From: Stylophora pistillata
Taxonomy: Eukaryota
DNA length: 64,000 nt
Reading direction: 5' to 3'
Assembly (NCBI RefSeq): GCF_002571385.2
Contig: NW_019218225.1
Span: 52,384 to 116,383 of the forward strand
Notes under the pieces: generated by a model
The model's input: the letters and a program-made list of their open reading frames with translations, nothing else
What the model was told of the DNA's origin: nothing
Databases searched by the model: none
Shown: positions 10,962 to 23,803 of the stretch, one piece after another
How the letters are laid out: every line of letters starts with the position of its first letter
How positions within the stretch are numbered: the stretch's first letter is position 1
Translations under genes and position numbers: made by a program

Positions 10962-13900
10962 ATGGCATACAAAGGTAACGTTTTAGGTACGTAACAATGA
11001 AGATTTATGTTACTCATTCAGTTTGATCTCTCGCCTTTCCGCTTGTGTTCGAGGAGAGCCAAAATTCTTGGTCCTAAATCAAGTAAATAGAGTGCCTCAA
11101 CTCTAGTTATGATCTCAACAGTACAAAGAAACCGGCAATGGTCTTAATGTTTAAGACTAACTAAATTTCTTAGTTAACAATTATTCCCGAAGTGGAGGTG
11201 TATAGTGATGGATATTTACCGTGCCGCGAAGCGGCGAGGTAAATATCCACCACTTTCGCCGACACTGAGGTGAGTAATTGTTTTAGTATGTACCACACAG
11301 TGACCAAAAAATTTGTTTGTTTCCATCAACATTCCAAAATATGGCCAGAAATTAAATTTTCAACGTGCGATTTTGTCTCTTCGGCTACTCGGAAGTAAAG
11401 TACTTGCAAAGTACTTCCGAAGAGGCCAATCAGCACGTGGAAAAAAGCATTATTCACCCGTGTGGTATATTACAAATCACAAATCGACACTGGTTTACCG
11501 TTGTCCGTGCTTTGCCGTGGCCATCATCGAGGCCAACTTGTTGTAAACTCACGAGGCGCAGTCGTGTGAGTCCGCAACAAATTTTGACCATAGTGATGAC
11601 GAATATTGTTGTCAATAAGACTACAGACCACGCTACACCATTGTCGATTTGCTTTTTACCACAACGTTGACGTTAAAGTTCCGAAAAATTTCCGAGTCAT
11701 CCATGTTTGGAGCTGATAAAGGAATTGCGTGACACGCTGATTCGAGCAGCGTTGTCTGTACTATTGCCGACGACGGAAAATTGACCAATCAGACTGCGAC
11801 ATATCTGCCAGTTGTGGTAAAAATACTAATAAAGGATATGTTAGGAGAAACACAGAACACCTTAAAAGTCTTTTTCTAGCTCGTGCAACATTTTTAATGA
11901 AGAACTTCCTTTTGCGAAAGGAAGATACCAAATGAAATGGCGGGCAATAGAGGTGTTTGTGCAGTAAATGGTTTGAACCCGGGGGTAACATGTGAAGGTG
12001 TAGTCTGATCGTCCGGGTGAGTGTAGTCCTGAGAAGGACTGTTGTCGGTGGTAGTGACTGACGTTTCGACAACCTGTGCGGAAGTCATCATCAGAGTCAA
12101 GTGAATGATTGTTGTCAGTAGAATGTTCTTATTCCAGTTCGTGTGAAATGATCGGTTGGTTTTGCCGTGATGTTATTGGCTGTAAGACTCAAGTGACGTA
12201 AGTCGGTCGTGATTGGTCTGTTTCGATCTGTCGGTAAAGTTAGGTCGTTCTTTTTCGGTCGTTTGTGATGTTTATGTCGTGAATGAGTCGTTTGTATGGA
12301 GCGGGTAGTTGTTGACATCTGTTTAGGGGAGTCTGTTCTAAGTTAGTAAACCAGCTTTCCAGAGTCAGTCGTTGAAAATAGTCAGTGCTGTAGGTTAGGC
12401 ATTGCGCAGAGTCCCAGTCAATGTTGTGGTTGGTAAGTCGATGGTGTTCAGCAATGTGATTGCTGACATCACCTTTCCTCGTCGCCCGTCTGTGTTCAGT
12501 CAGTCTTGTTGTGAGGTTTCTGCCAGTCTCACCGATGTAGGAGGCTTGGCAGTCGGAACAATTGATCTTATAAATCGTTCCCTGTCTGTTCCTCGGTTCG
12601 TCTTTGTCTTTAACGTTGGTTAGTAACTGACGTAGTGTGGTGATGGGTTTGTGGGCGACGCCAATAACATCACGGCAAAACCAACCGATCATTTCACACG
12701 AACTGGAATAAGAACATTCTACTGACAACAATCATTCACTTGACTCTGATAATGACTTCCGCACAGGTTGTCGAAACGTCAGTCACTACCACCGACAACA
12801 GTCCTTCTCAGGACTACACTCACCCGGACGATCAGACTACACCTTCACAGAGGTGTTTGTGCGTCTAATCACTTTTCATGTTTCGGTTTACCTTCTCAGC
12901 GAGCTCATTTCATTACATGCTTGTTTCGTGAATTTCGTAATTATGGCGATCAACCAAGAAGCAACTGTGGATTGTGCAATGTAGATTTTAAGTAATGTGT
13001 ACCGCTAGGTTACTGACTTGGTTAAAAATTCAAGCGTCCGGGGTCATAATTTTTGCACATTTAAAGACAATCTCAAAAGAGTCTTTGGCAGTATTTAATG
13101 TATAGATATGCACTGAGTATCGTAATTCGATTAACTCGTAATTCGATGTTTCTTAAGCCTAAAGAGATATGTATTTTGTTTATCTATCACAGCACTTGAA
13201 GGCTCGCTTCTCTATTCTCCGAAGCGTTCGTATCTGGCAGTTGTTGCCATTGACTTCGGGACAACCTATAGTGGATTTGCCTTTTCATTTATCAAAGACC
13301 AAGGAAAGGACGCCATTTTCATGAATATGGACTGGGGTAATGAACAAGGCGCTCAAACAAGCAAAACACCAACATGCCTGCTACTCAAACCAGACTTGGA
13401 GTTTGACTCCTTTGGTTATGAAGCAATAGAGAAGTATTCCAGTCTTGGAGATGAGAGCGAAGAGAAAGAGTATCTATTTTTTAAACATTTCAAAATGGCC
13501 CTTCACAGTGACGAGGTCAGTGATTTAACTTCGTGTCAAACTATGTGAATCGCATAATTTGGAAGGCGAAATTTTCCAGAACACTCTGAACCTTTCGTCT
13601 TTGCGTCTGAAGCCTTTAAAGCTGATAAAACTAAGATGAACTGTATATGATTATTAGCATACATTTCTTCCTCTGCACCCAGTTTCTAAAGACTGTAGAT
13701 TGAAAGCCAAACCTGTTAGCCCACGTTTTGGGTAAGTTTTTCTTAAAAGATCACCACTCTCAAAGTGGGCAAATATTAATTCCAACCTCGATGCAGATCT
13801 TTCATTCAATTCACAGTTCCTATCTTGTCATCTTACATCTCAGATTACTTAAAACTGCGGATTATTTTTTAATTTTTGAATATTGCAATTGTTCTCCACG

Positions 13901-16900
13901 ATGATCATTAACACCTAACAATCAAGAACTTTAATATTTATTGTTGGATAGTTGTTTGTCATGATCTATAATTAACTCGAATGGCCGGCAAACATGTTGC
14001 ACAGACTAAGGTCTAATGCTATTTTATAAAAGACCTGTAGAAACGTGCTTTACTTGAATACTCATGCTTGTTTTCAGACTTTGAATAGCAGGACTGTCAT
14101 AAGGGCAGCCAATGGACGATCCGTCGAAGCCAAGACAGTGTTTGCACGTTCCATTAACTTCCTTAAAGATGAAGCTGTTAAAGTAATTCGTCAGAGAACC
14201 GGAGATAACCATTTCAACGCAGATGAAATCCAATGGGTCCTGACTGTACCTGCCATATGGACCCCGAGAGCAAAGCAGTTTATGCGGGAGGCAGCCTATG
14301 AGGTAATTTTCGATTCTTGCACGCCCATTTCTTTATAGGTCGTTCTGACCAAATGAGCCTGCCATCTGCATCCTTATAATTGCCGAAGAAAATATCCAAT
14401 ATATTATCTGATTTCATGAAGTTGGTCATGAATCATAATAATGATCCTCAATTCAAGGCATTCCTTCAAATTAATTGTTTTTATCCACTGAGTTAATAAC
14501 GAAAATTTGCCATCGTAAAGAGTTTTTAAGCTGATCTTCCGAGAGTTAGCCTTTAGTAAGCTGATAAATGCAAATTATTTTTTCTCGAAAAGTGAGAGGG
14601 CGGTATTCTACAAATCCTTCAACTTAATTGGTTCCGAGAGTGGGCTTCGTTATAAACTAAATGTTTTTGTTTTCCCGGCTGGGCAGGAATAATAAGTCGA
14701 TAAAGAACTTATCTAAAATTGAATTCGAAATGAGTTTTGTTACACCAAATGTGTTTGTTAGGGACCTTAAGCAGTCAGGGCAGCACCGCCGAGGAAGCCG
14801 TCGAATGAAAAATGTATTGATAATTTAGGAGCGTGTCCACGAGAAAACCAGGCAGGGACCGATAACCTCAAATCACCGATTTGGCTCAAACTTGGCGAAA
14901 ATGCTAAGTATTATGAGTTAACGAATGTGTGAAAATAACAGGTCAAAATATCTAATTCTCTGGGACTAAGGTCCCCCTGAGAAAGCCCCCATTTCCTGCA
15001 TTTTTTGCATAATTAATTAGCTAACTTTGCATTGCTGCTATGACAAACAGAAAATTCGTCTACAAATTCAATGAACTGGGTTGTGTTCTATATCTATCAG
15101 ACTTCACTGAAGAAAATTGAATTGTTTTAAATTTTTCATTTCATTTCTTCCCTTACCTCTCGTAAAGACGTTAGAAAAGACGACTTTTTCTAGTTTTGAC
15201 AAAGTCCAACATAAGGGTATTTTAAGGCCCAATATCTCCGATGACCAACTACTTCTGATCATTATTCCTATATGGGTAGTGAAAGCCATCACTGGACTTT
15301 CAAAATCAGAAATAAAATGTTGGGGCAATTGATTTCATAACCCGTCCTGACGTGAAATTTACATCTACCTTCCGCTTTTTTACTGGTCTGTATCATCAAA
15401 ATTCCGTAAACCACATCTTTGTTTCATTAACTTAAAATAACTTGTAATTTACGAGAAATTTCCCAGAGAGTATCGTTTAAACATGAACGAGGAGAGAATC
15501 TTTGAATAGCGCAAGCTGAGCCCTTTTTGAGAACTTTTTTTCGCAGCCATATTTGGATTATTCAATATGCAAGTGATTTCTATATACGTGTCAGGTTCTC
15601 AACCATTTTCTTTTTCCTTGCGCTGAGAGGAGACCAATATATCAACGGCTTATTTGTTTTTCGGTGAACCAGCAACTATTTCAAGCTTAACAAATAACAA
15701 GTCAAACATTTTGGTAGCCGTAAATCTTTGATACATTTTAAACTTTGTAGACTACAAACACAACACGCCAAATAAATGTCAAAGTTGATCACTGAACAAA
15801 ATTGTAGGCGCGATCTGATCAAAGATGGCGGATTGTCCTTTTGATTTACATCAGCTTTTAGGACATCAAATTATCTTTTCGCCACCAACACATATCATGT
15901 AAGTCGATAAGTATCACGCCGTAAAAGACCAATAATTTTTATCAGTCTTTCCGAGAGCTCTCCCCTTGTTCAATATTTCAACAGGGCAACGATGCAAATT
16001 GAATCTGGTGATTGTTGACATAATGGCTACTTATCTAACAAATGATATCAAGCCAAAACTTGAAACTGAGGCACCACAGACATGTATGTACTACCAAGTT
16101 TCTTCCTAGATTTCTTTTGTCAGAAAGTTCAACTACATGCGTCGTTGATGTTCATCATCAACTGCTGCGTCTTCTTAAGAATAATCCAAATATGGCTGCG
16201 AAAAAAAGTTCTCAAAAAGGGCTCAGCTTGCGCTATTCAAAGATTCTCTCCTCGTTCATGTTTAAACGATGACTCTCTGGGAAATTTCTCGTAAATTTCA
16301 AGTTAGTTTAAGTTAATAAAACAAATATGTGGTTCACGGAATTTTGATGATACAGACCAGTAAAAAGCAGAAGGTAGATGTAAATTTCACGTCAGGACGG
16401 GTTATGAAATCAATTGCCCCAACATTTTATTTCTGATTTTGAAAGTCCAGTGATGGCTTTCACTACCCATATAGGAATAATGATCAGAAGTAGTTGGTCA
16501 TCGGAGATATTGGGCCTTAAAATACCCTTATTTTGGACTTTGTCAAAACCAGAAAAAGTCGTCTTTACTTAAGTCTTTACGAGAGGCTAGGGAAGAAATG
16601 AAATGAAAAATTTAAAACAATTCAATTTTCTTCAGGGAAGTCTGATGCATATAGAACACAACCCAGTTCATTGAATTTGCAGAGGGATTTTCTGTTTGTC
16701 ACAGCAGCAATGCAAAGTTAGCTAATTGATTATGCAAAAAATGCAGAAAATGGAGGTTTTCCCAGGGGGACCCTATATCTCCCAGGGAATTAAATATTTT
16801 GACCTATTATTTTCAAAAATTTGTCAACTCAAGATACTTAGCAATTGTGCCAGGTTTGAGCCAAATCGGTGATTTGAGGTTTATCACCCCTGCCCGTTTC

Positions 16901-19900
16901 TGCCCAGTTTTTCTCGTGGACACGCTCTTAAGACAGAATTTCGCGTATGACGCCACACCTCAATTTTAGCATAGTACAGGTGAGCTGCGCTTACTTCCAA
17001 AAGGAAACTGGAATAATTTACTTGAACGATAAGTTCAGGGAAGAAGGAAAAGTCATGGTGATAGTTATTTAACTCTGGTTTACTCGACGAACCAGAGCTG
17101 TTGTTTTTTTCTGTTTGTTTCTTTCTTTAGAAGTGTACGCGTGCTTCTTTTTTTTTCTTACGCGCTGGTGTCAGATCAGTGCAGACACTAAGAAAAAAAA
17201 TGTTTCAAATTTCGCTCGAAAGTCTTTTCAGTCACCCTTAAAAAACGTTTTGATGAAGCCTCTATTTAATTTGCATTACCGCTGTTTCTCTACCATCAAC
17301 TCGGTCAGAAAATGTCCCGTATATGGAGGATCTTCCCGAAATTACAGCCCTAAATCATTTGGGTTCTTTTGGAAAGCATTTCGTCAAGTCTTAAGTCTTG
17401 AGAGCCGGCATCCAAGACCTCGGGCGCAGTTTTTCCCAATACGGACCTCCCGCCGGGTGAATAACATCCGTATTTATTTTAAGTTGAGGCCGCGGTGATT
17501 GTGGACTGGACGAATGGAACTTTGGACCGTTGGACTGTTTTCGGTCTGGTTTTTTGACCATTCTCTGAACCAGTTTTCCCCTTATAATACACCTTTAACT
17601 ACACGAATATCATCCGACGCTTCTTGTCGGAAGAGGTTAAGATATTGCACCTTTTTCCATGTTTATATCTTTTCTTTTGTTACTTTAAAAGGCTGGTGTT
17701 GGGAAACCAGAAAATGCTGATCAATTAATTATTGCTTTGGAACCAGAAGCAGCGGCAATTTTCTGCATGGAGAAAAATATGAGTGATTTTCTAGAAGAAT
17801 CTGGCTGCAGATCTGTTGATGGAGTGCTATCCAAAATCAACACACATTACATTGTTGCTGATATTGGAGGCGAGTTGAAGAATTAATCCTGTAAGAGTTT
17901 GACTTAGTTGCTAATAAAAAAATCGTTTGCCAAGTTCTGCCCGAAACCAAACGCTTAGCTTTTTAATTTCCCTTTAAAAGAGATGCATTTTGTTGAGATA
18001 AGATCATTTCTTTTCGAAACTCCAGCTCTCTCGATTTCTGAAAGCGAAAATACTTTTAACTTGACCGGCCTCGTGAAGATGTACAAACATGTAGCTCAAA
18101 ACGTTTATAGTGAGAAGGGTGATATTGTGTAATCTGGGCACGCATCAATAAAATTTGCGACCAAGGTCGCTAGACTCCATAAGACGTGAAAAAATATAAT
18201 GGCTTTCCGTACAATTCAAGGTCGCTCTTCTTGTGACAACAGAAAATCAAATTTCACACCATTTTTTATTTCAAAATAAATCTGTTAAGCTTATTTTGGA
18301 TTAGGTTCGTCTTGAGGGGAATCGAAGGATGACTTCTCAAATATCTTGTTTTGCTGTTGAAATCTATTACGTGGTCCTTAATGATCCTAAAGGGGGGTTA
18401 AATACGTACCCTTGATTAAAAAAAAGCTACACAGAGAGCTTTTAAAGTCACAAATACAAGTTGCACCTCTGTTCAACAACCCATTACTTCATCTGTTGGA
18501 AGAGCGGCGAAACAACATGAAATAGTATTAGCTTTGCCTTGCGATTCGTTTGGATCAACATATTATTTCTTAGGGAAAGTGATTCAACCGAGAACTATGT
18601 TAAGGAGAAAGAAAAATTGACTGCTTAGGGATAAAGATTCGATCACTCAGATTTTCATAGACCAGGTAATTACTCCTATTTTGAATACACAGGCCAAGCA
18701 ACAAGTGAAGTGAACAAAGGTGGTCTTTGTTTAGGTTGATTCTGATAGTTATTATCTTTGTTTCTCATGGCACCCAAAAAAATCTAAAATAGCAAGGTGC
18801 AAAGAATAAAAACAAAATCTTGAAATTATAAGGATTAAAAACCAAAATTTAAGAACCTTATGGTGGTGGTAGTAACAGTCGTAGTTTTACTTCTAATGGT
18901 AGTGAGAATAGAAGAGTAAAGAGAAGAAGGGGAGCAACTGTAAAAGATTTAAAAATAGGATTAATCATAATCATAGTTGATTCTTGCTTATTTTATTTTT
19001 CAGGAGGGACACTTGATGTAACAGTGCATGAGATTCAAGATGACGGTAGAATTAGGGAGATCTACAAAGTCACCGGAGGTCCTCACGGTGGAATGTATGT
19101 AAACCAGAAGTTTGAAAGTCTATTGGACGAGTTGTTTGGTACCCCAATGCTTCAAAGCTATAGAGAGCAATTTCCATCTGATTGGCTCTGCTTGATAAAT
19201 GAGTTCGAAGGGAAAAAACGAGGAAAACGTGTACTTGACAGCAGCTTGATGACAAATATTCGATTACCGAGAAGCTTCGTATCGCAGATTAAACGAAACA
19301 GAGGGACAGGAATCGACCGCTATGGAGAGAGAGAAGTCAAGATAAAAAGTAACGAATATCTTTCCCTAAGCTCTGGGATGATGAGGAAATTATTCACCCC
19401 TGTTGTGGACAAAATCAAGGAACATTTGAATAACCTGTTGCAAAAGCCAGAGCTATCAAAAGTACAAATAATGCTCCTTGTTGGCGGCTTTGCTGAGTCG
19501 GCATTCCTCCAAGAGGAAATAAGAAAGGAGTTTTCCGGAAGGAACAGAATCCTCGTCCCCCACCACGCCAGCATTGCAGTTGCCCAGGGCGCCGTAATCT
19601 TTGGCAAGAAGCCTACCACAATAACCGAGAGGGTTATGGGTACTACGTATGGCATTCGTTGCTTAGGTGACTTTGAATCGGGCGTGCATCCGGAAGAGAA
19701 GAAAACAATCAGAGACGGCATTTTTAAGTGCAGAGATTTATTTAGCTGCTTTGTTAAAGAAAATGAAGTTGTAGAACTTGGACAGCGAATCAAAAAAATC
19801 TATCACCCTTCTAAATCCACCTCAACAAGGGTCACCGTTGCCTTTCACGTGACGACTAATCCAAATACTCAGTTTACCACAGATCCTGAGGTAACTAAGA

Positions 19901-20061
19901 TTGGGAACATCAGTATTCAGACCCCTGACACCTGGAAAGGCAGAGACCGAGATATTGAAGTTTGCATGTATTTTGGTGGAACAGAAATAACTGCCACAGC
20001 CTGGGACGTATCCAGTGGGAATAATGCACAAACTAACCTGGACTTTTTCAGTCGATCATAG
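10962..20061 (+). CDS. HSPA12: Heat shock 70 kDa protein 12-like, copy 2, ~598 aa
   Basis: Exons 10962-10974, 13193-13515, 14078-14302, 17692-17869 and 19004-20061. Intron positions and phases match copy 1, and intron 4 has a GC donor. Motifs VAIDFGTTYSG, TVPAIW, LEPEAAA, DIGGGTLD and GGFAES. Confidence 0.92.
11177..11823. repeat. Composite hairpin-headed interspersed repeats
   Basis: Hairpin around TGGATATTTACC-GTGCCGCGAAGCGGCGA-GGTAAATATCCA (11209-11250). A second hairpin, ACTCACGA..TCGTGTGAGT (~11547-11570), follows. A degenerate copy of the first unit lies at ~51895-52190. Confidence 0.55.
11963..12848 (-). mobile_element. 5'-truncated Penelope-like element with GIY-YIG endonuclease fragment and inverted pseudo-LTRs
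   Basis: 14-bp TSD AGAGGTGTTTGTGC at 11949-11962 and 12849-12862. The ORF contains GTIYKINCSDCQASYIGETGRNLTTRLTEH...LESWF. A ~189-bp near-perfect inverted repeat spans 11992-12180 and 12660-12848. Confidence 0.92.
12052..12100 (-). ncRNA. Minimal type I hammerhead ribozyme in Penelope pseudo-LTR
   Basis: The minus strand reads TGACT-CTGATGA-TGACTTCCGCACAGGTTGTC-GAAAC-GTC-AGTCA. This gives an intact CUGANGA/GAAA core, stem I TGACT/AGTCA and a GUC cleavage triplet. Confidence 0.65.
14829..16927. mobile_element. Non-autonomous long-TIR DNA transposon, Sola3-like
   Basis: GAG...CTC termini, TTAG/TTAA flanks and ~730-bp highly similar TIRs (14829-~15562 versus ~16179-16927). Located in intron 3 of HSPA12 copy 2. 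Confidence 0.8.
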
Positions 20062-20294
20062 AGACTACTTATCGGTGAACTAAGACGTCTCTTGCAGAAC
20101 CACAAGAAGTTCGGGTTGAGCTGGGTAGTTTTAGCAAATTAAATTTTTCACAACTACAAACCTGAGAATATTGTGGCAGTAAGAAAAATTTTTATTAAAC
20201 ACCCCAAGTACTTTTTACGCATTGTGACATGTCATATAAAGAAATAATAGGAGTTAATCATATTTTCAGTTAAAAGGTTTAGGTTAAATTTGTT

Positions 20295-21350
20295 ATGAGA
20301 AAATTTAGTACACAGCCTGAACAGGAGACCAATGATAAGTGGCAGAAGTACAGTTTCAAGACTAAACCTGTATGTCATAGATATGGACGCCGTGGCCATA
20401 TTCGGTATTACTGCAAATGTAACCAAGCTAATGAAGGTCTCCACAGGGAGAGACAGGTCCTAAATTGTGCTACCCAACCAACTTACTGTCAATCAGAAAG
20501 AACTTCCACTAACGAAGAAGAAAATCAATCAGATACTAAGGAGACCGCACTACAACTCGAAAGTCAGGAAGCTACCACAAACAGCCCAAATTTATCACAG
20601 AGGACGAAGGCGACACGAACAAATGACCAGAGTAATGTCACACCGAGAAAACCAAACCAGAAGCCAAGAAAGGTGCGAATGTCAAATCAGTTAAGACATG
20701 TCCAGTTGCGTCTCGTAAATGAAATAGACAAGTACCCCAGCAACCTGACTACTACGGGTAAAATCTGTTTATTTAATGGTGGCCACTGGTGAACACGTTT
20801 CAGCTATAAAACAAGTTCTGGAGGAGATCTAAGGTGAAGTTCTTTGTTCCGCGGTTCAGACTGCGAATGACAACCCACAACTAAGAAGAATTATCTTGCC
20901 GCTACACCTATAGGAAAGTCAGTTCCCTCGTACAGAACCTTGCTTATGATGTCATTCTTGGTCGCAATTTCCTCCAATGCAACAGAGCCATTAGTTACCT
21001 CGATAACAACACTATTACTATTACAAAAACAGAAAATCCACAGAACCAAGAAAGTTCAACCTCAGTGCCTACAATGGGATCGTTTACACCTCGAGAAAAG
21101 AATGTTGAAGCAAGAGAACACGCCTTTACCAGTTAAGGTTCTGTGAAGCCATCTGAAAGAAATCTGTCTCCCTGTGATCCGAAGGACGAGAAAGTTGCGC
21201 TCCAGTCACTCTTTGATTTATTTTTCGTTGCTAGGTCCCTGTCCGCAACATTTCACACCGACGTAATTAGTAACTTCAAGTTCGTTATCCAAAAACCACT
21301 GACATCCTTCGTCCAGGTGTCACCAAAGAAGGTTTGGCACAAAGATGAAC
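20295..21350 (+). mobile_element. Degenerate Ty3/Gypsy gag-protease remnant
   Basis: Decayed zinc knuckle CHRYGRRGHIRYYC. Decayed aspartic protease motifs LMVATGEHVSAI (DTG-like, ~20773), VQTAN and YDVILGRNFL (~20945), found in shifting frames. Confidence 0.7.
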
Positions 21351-21577
21351 CCGTCTGATACGCCAGCCAAAATTGATTGTAGAACAGAAGTTGACGAAGG
21401 ATTTGATCAATACCGAGAAGAACCTCCAGGAGTAGAAGTACCTGAGTTTCATGATGTACCCAAGAAGACCATTTATCCTCAAAGCCTTGACTGACTTTTG
21501 ACACAAGCAGAGAGTACCACATAATTGATGACCAGGAAGTTAAACGGAATCAAGATGATTGCTAATGTGTTATTTAA

Positions 21578-22493
21578 AGGCCCATTTCCATCCGAGATCC
21601 TTTGCAGTCGTTTGTTTTTGTTTTGGAATCGCGCTATTCTTAAATGGCGAATTCTGATAGTCATTCACAAACACTATTAAAAAGAAAAATAAAGATTTGG
21701 TGAAGAACACAGTAAACAAATTTGCAGCTAAATATTTGAGACTGAAAAATCATAAATCGAGTCTGTGTATAAAACTTGTACAAAGCTTACTTGATGTTGA
21801 AGGAAATTGTTCGGTTTCAACACTAAATAAAATATAGACAAATAACCATTGGCCAATCAATCAATCAATACTTTATTTACCCTCGTAGCGTCAAGGAGCT
21901 CATAGAGCTCGTTCAAAATACGTACGTGCCTCTAAATCCAAAACGGATTTACGTTACGCATTTCAATTATAGAATAATGACTTGTACAAATGAGATCGCT
22001 TACATACATATCTCAGGATCTCAAGTAAAAATCAGTCAAATAATTATTCTCACCTCGAAAAAATCTCCCCGGAGTCTCTAGTTCCATCGTAGGAACAATG
22101 CAATAACATTTCTGCAAAAGCACTGTCTGTAGTGTTACCGAAACCCATGGTTGTTTTCCTTGCCCTCCATAAATCATACACAGACTCTCGAAGTCGAATA
22201 ACCTTTGCCGAGCCGGGCAGACTCGGCCTTCCTCTAGACCGCTTCTTCGGCGGCATCAACTTTTCAAATGACGTTTTTCACCGTCATACATGTAAGAATT
22301 AAAAACTATTTACTGATATGGATATGACGATAGTTTGTTGTTCGCACATGATTCAAGATGGAACTTTGAAAGCCCTAATTAGTAAGATGGAAGAAGATAT
22401 CAAAGCGATTCCGCAACTACGAGGAAAATAGCGTATTTTTCATATATGAAAAATGATCCGGGCGCGCAAGGCATCTCGGTTGGAAATGGGTCT
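21578..22493 (-). mobile_element. Internally deleted Kolobok-like DNA transposon
   Basis: TTAA flanks at 21574 and 22494. ~28-bp TIR AGGCCCATTTCCATCCGAGAT / ATCTCGGTTGGAAATGGGTCT. It contains an exon-like ORF (W..RK..MGF..TDSAFAEMLL) with a GT donor at ~22033. Confidence 0.75.
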
Positions 22494-22709
22494 TTAAAAT
22501 TCCTTCAAAACGTATGTTAGTTACTATTTAGGAAATAGAAGGTTATGCAAGGTGAGAAACAGGACATAAGCGCATTAAGAAGTAAATATTATTCAACCTG
22601 AAGAAGAATTTATCTGCTATAAGAATGCTAAATCATATTTGTCATTATGACCCTTACGGTTTCTCGAAGTTTTCCTCGACCAGTAGGTCTCGATTTAAGG
22701 TGGGAGGAA

Positions 22710-23795
22710 TGTTACGGGAAAATTTAGTGATTTTTCTGCGTGGTTGTTAAAGCATATTTATTCGTTGTTTTCGGGATTCTAGCCGTTTTCAATTCATGTG
22801 AGTTTCTTTCATTGTAATGTTTTAAAAATGTAGAAAAAGCCACAGTAATTTTTGAATAATCAACTGAACTTGTTTAGCTGCATCTCGCTACTTTTGTTGT
22901 TCAATTCTAGAGAAATTTTGTAAGTGTTAATGGTCTTTCTGGCCAAATTAGTTCTCATGGTAGTTGGCAGCTGAGTTTATACTCGTAACTTCAATTTCCT
23001 TTCATACGATCAAGCTTAACACCAACCTTCCTTTGATAAGCAGATAATTTCAATTGTATTCTTCATTTTATTTTATAAGCTGCTCTGTTGTAATTGCCAT
23101 GGGTATATTTTCAATATCCAAGCTGTGAATTCTCGTCTAAGTTTCCTATTTTTAATGACCTAAAGTTTATTGAATCTGCTCTTCCAATTTCGACGTATGA
23201 ATAGTTAGATACAAATCATTTGACTTCAAAGAGACCTTTTCCGTTCTTTTGTAATGTTACTCAAATATTGTCAATTCAGAGGACAATAGAACCTCACACC
23301 AGTTCAATATTTAAGTAAGTGCTTTGAAAATGTTTCTCGATTACAAAGTTGGGTACGCTAGAATTCATGCAAGTTGTTTGCCTGGTCTAGAATAAAAGTT
23401 ACTCTGGAACCAAAAGGTTGTCTCGTCCTTGACGTCTGTAAAAGCTCGCTTGAAGAGGTCGCCTATACCAGGGAGTCGTGAGGATCGGAGTTCCCGCTCT
23501 CGCTCCCGAGTCGTTTCTACGAAGCTAGTTCCCCAGTTATTGTTGTGCCTTCCGCGAGATTTCAGGTTGGGTACGAAACCTAGCTATCGTCACAAATTCC
23601 CGGAGCCACATCCAATTGCTTGTTCGTACCACTTGATATCATTCCCTCTACGACATAAGACTTGTGGAACAAGGCACGGTGGTCAGCAACAATCTTGAAA
23701 AGAGTGGCATAAGGTTCTCCCCACGAGAAAAATTCAAAATATTCAGTACCTAAAAGCAAAATAACCAACCGTTGACGAAACAATTTCTTGTAACT
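22710..23795 (+). mobile_element. Probable 3' LTR of the Gypsy remnant
   Basis: The polypurine tract AAGGTGGGAGGAA is immediately followed by TGTTACGGGAAAATT. The end AATTTCTTGTAAC is an imperfect inverse of that start. Confidence 0.5.
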
Positions 23796-23803
23796 ATGTC
23801 TAT

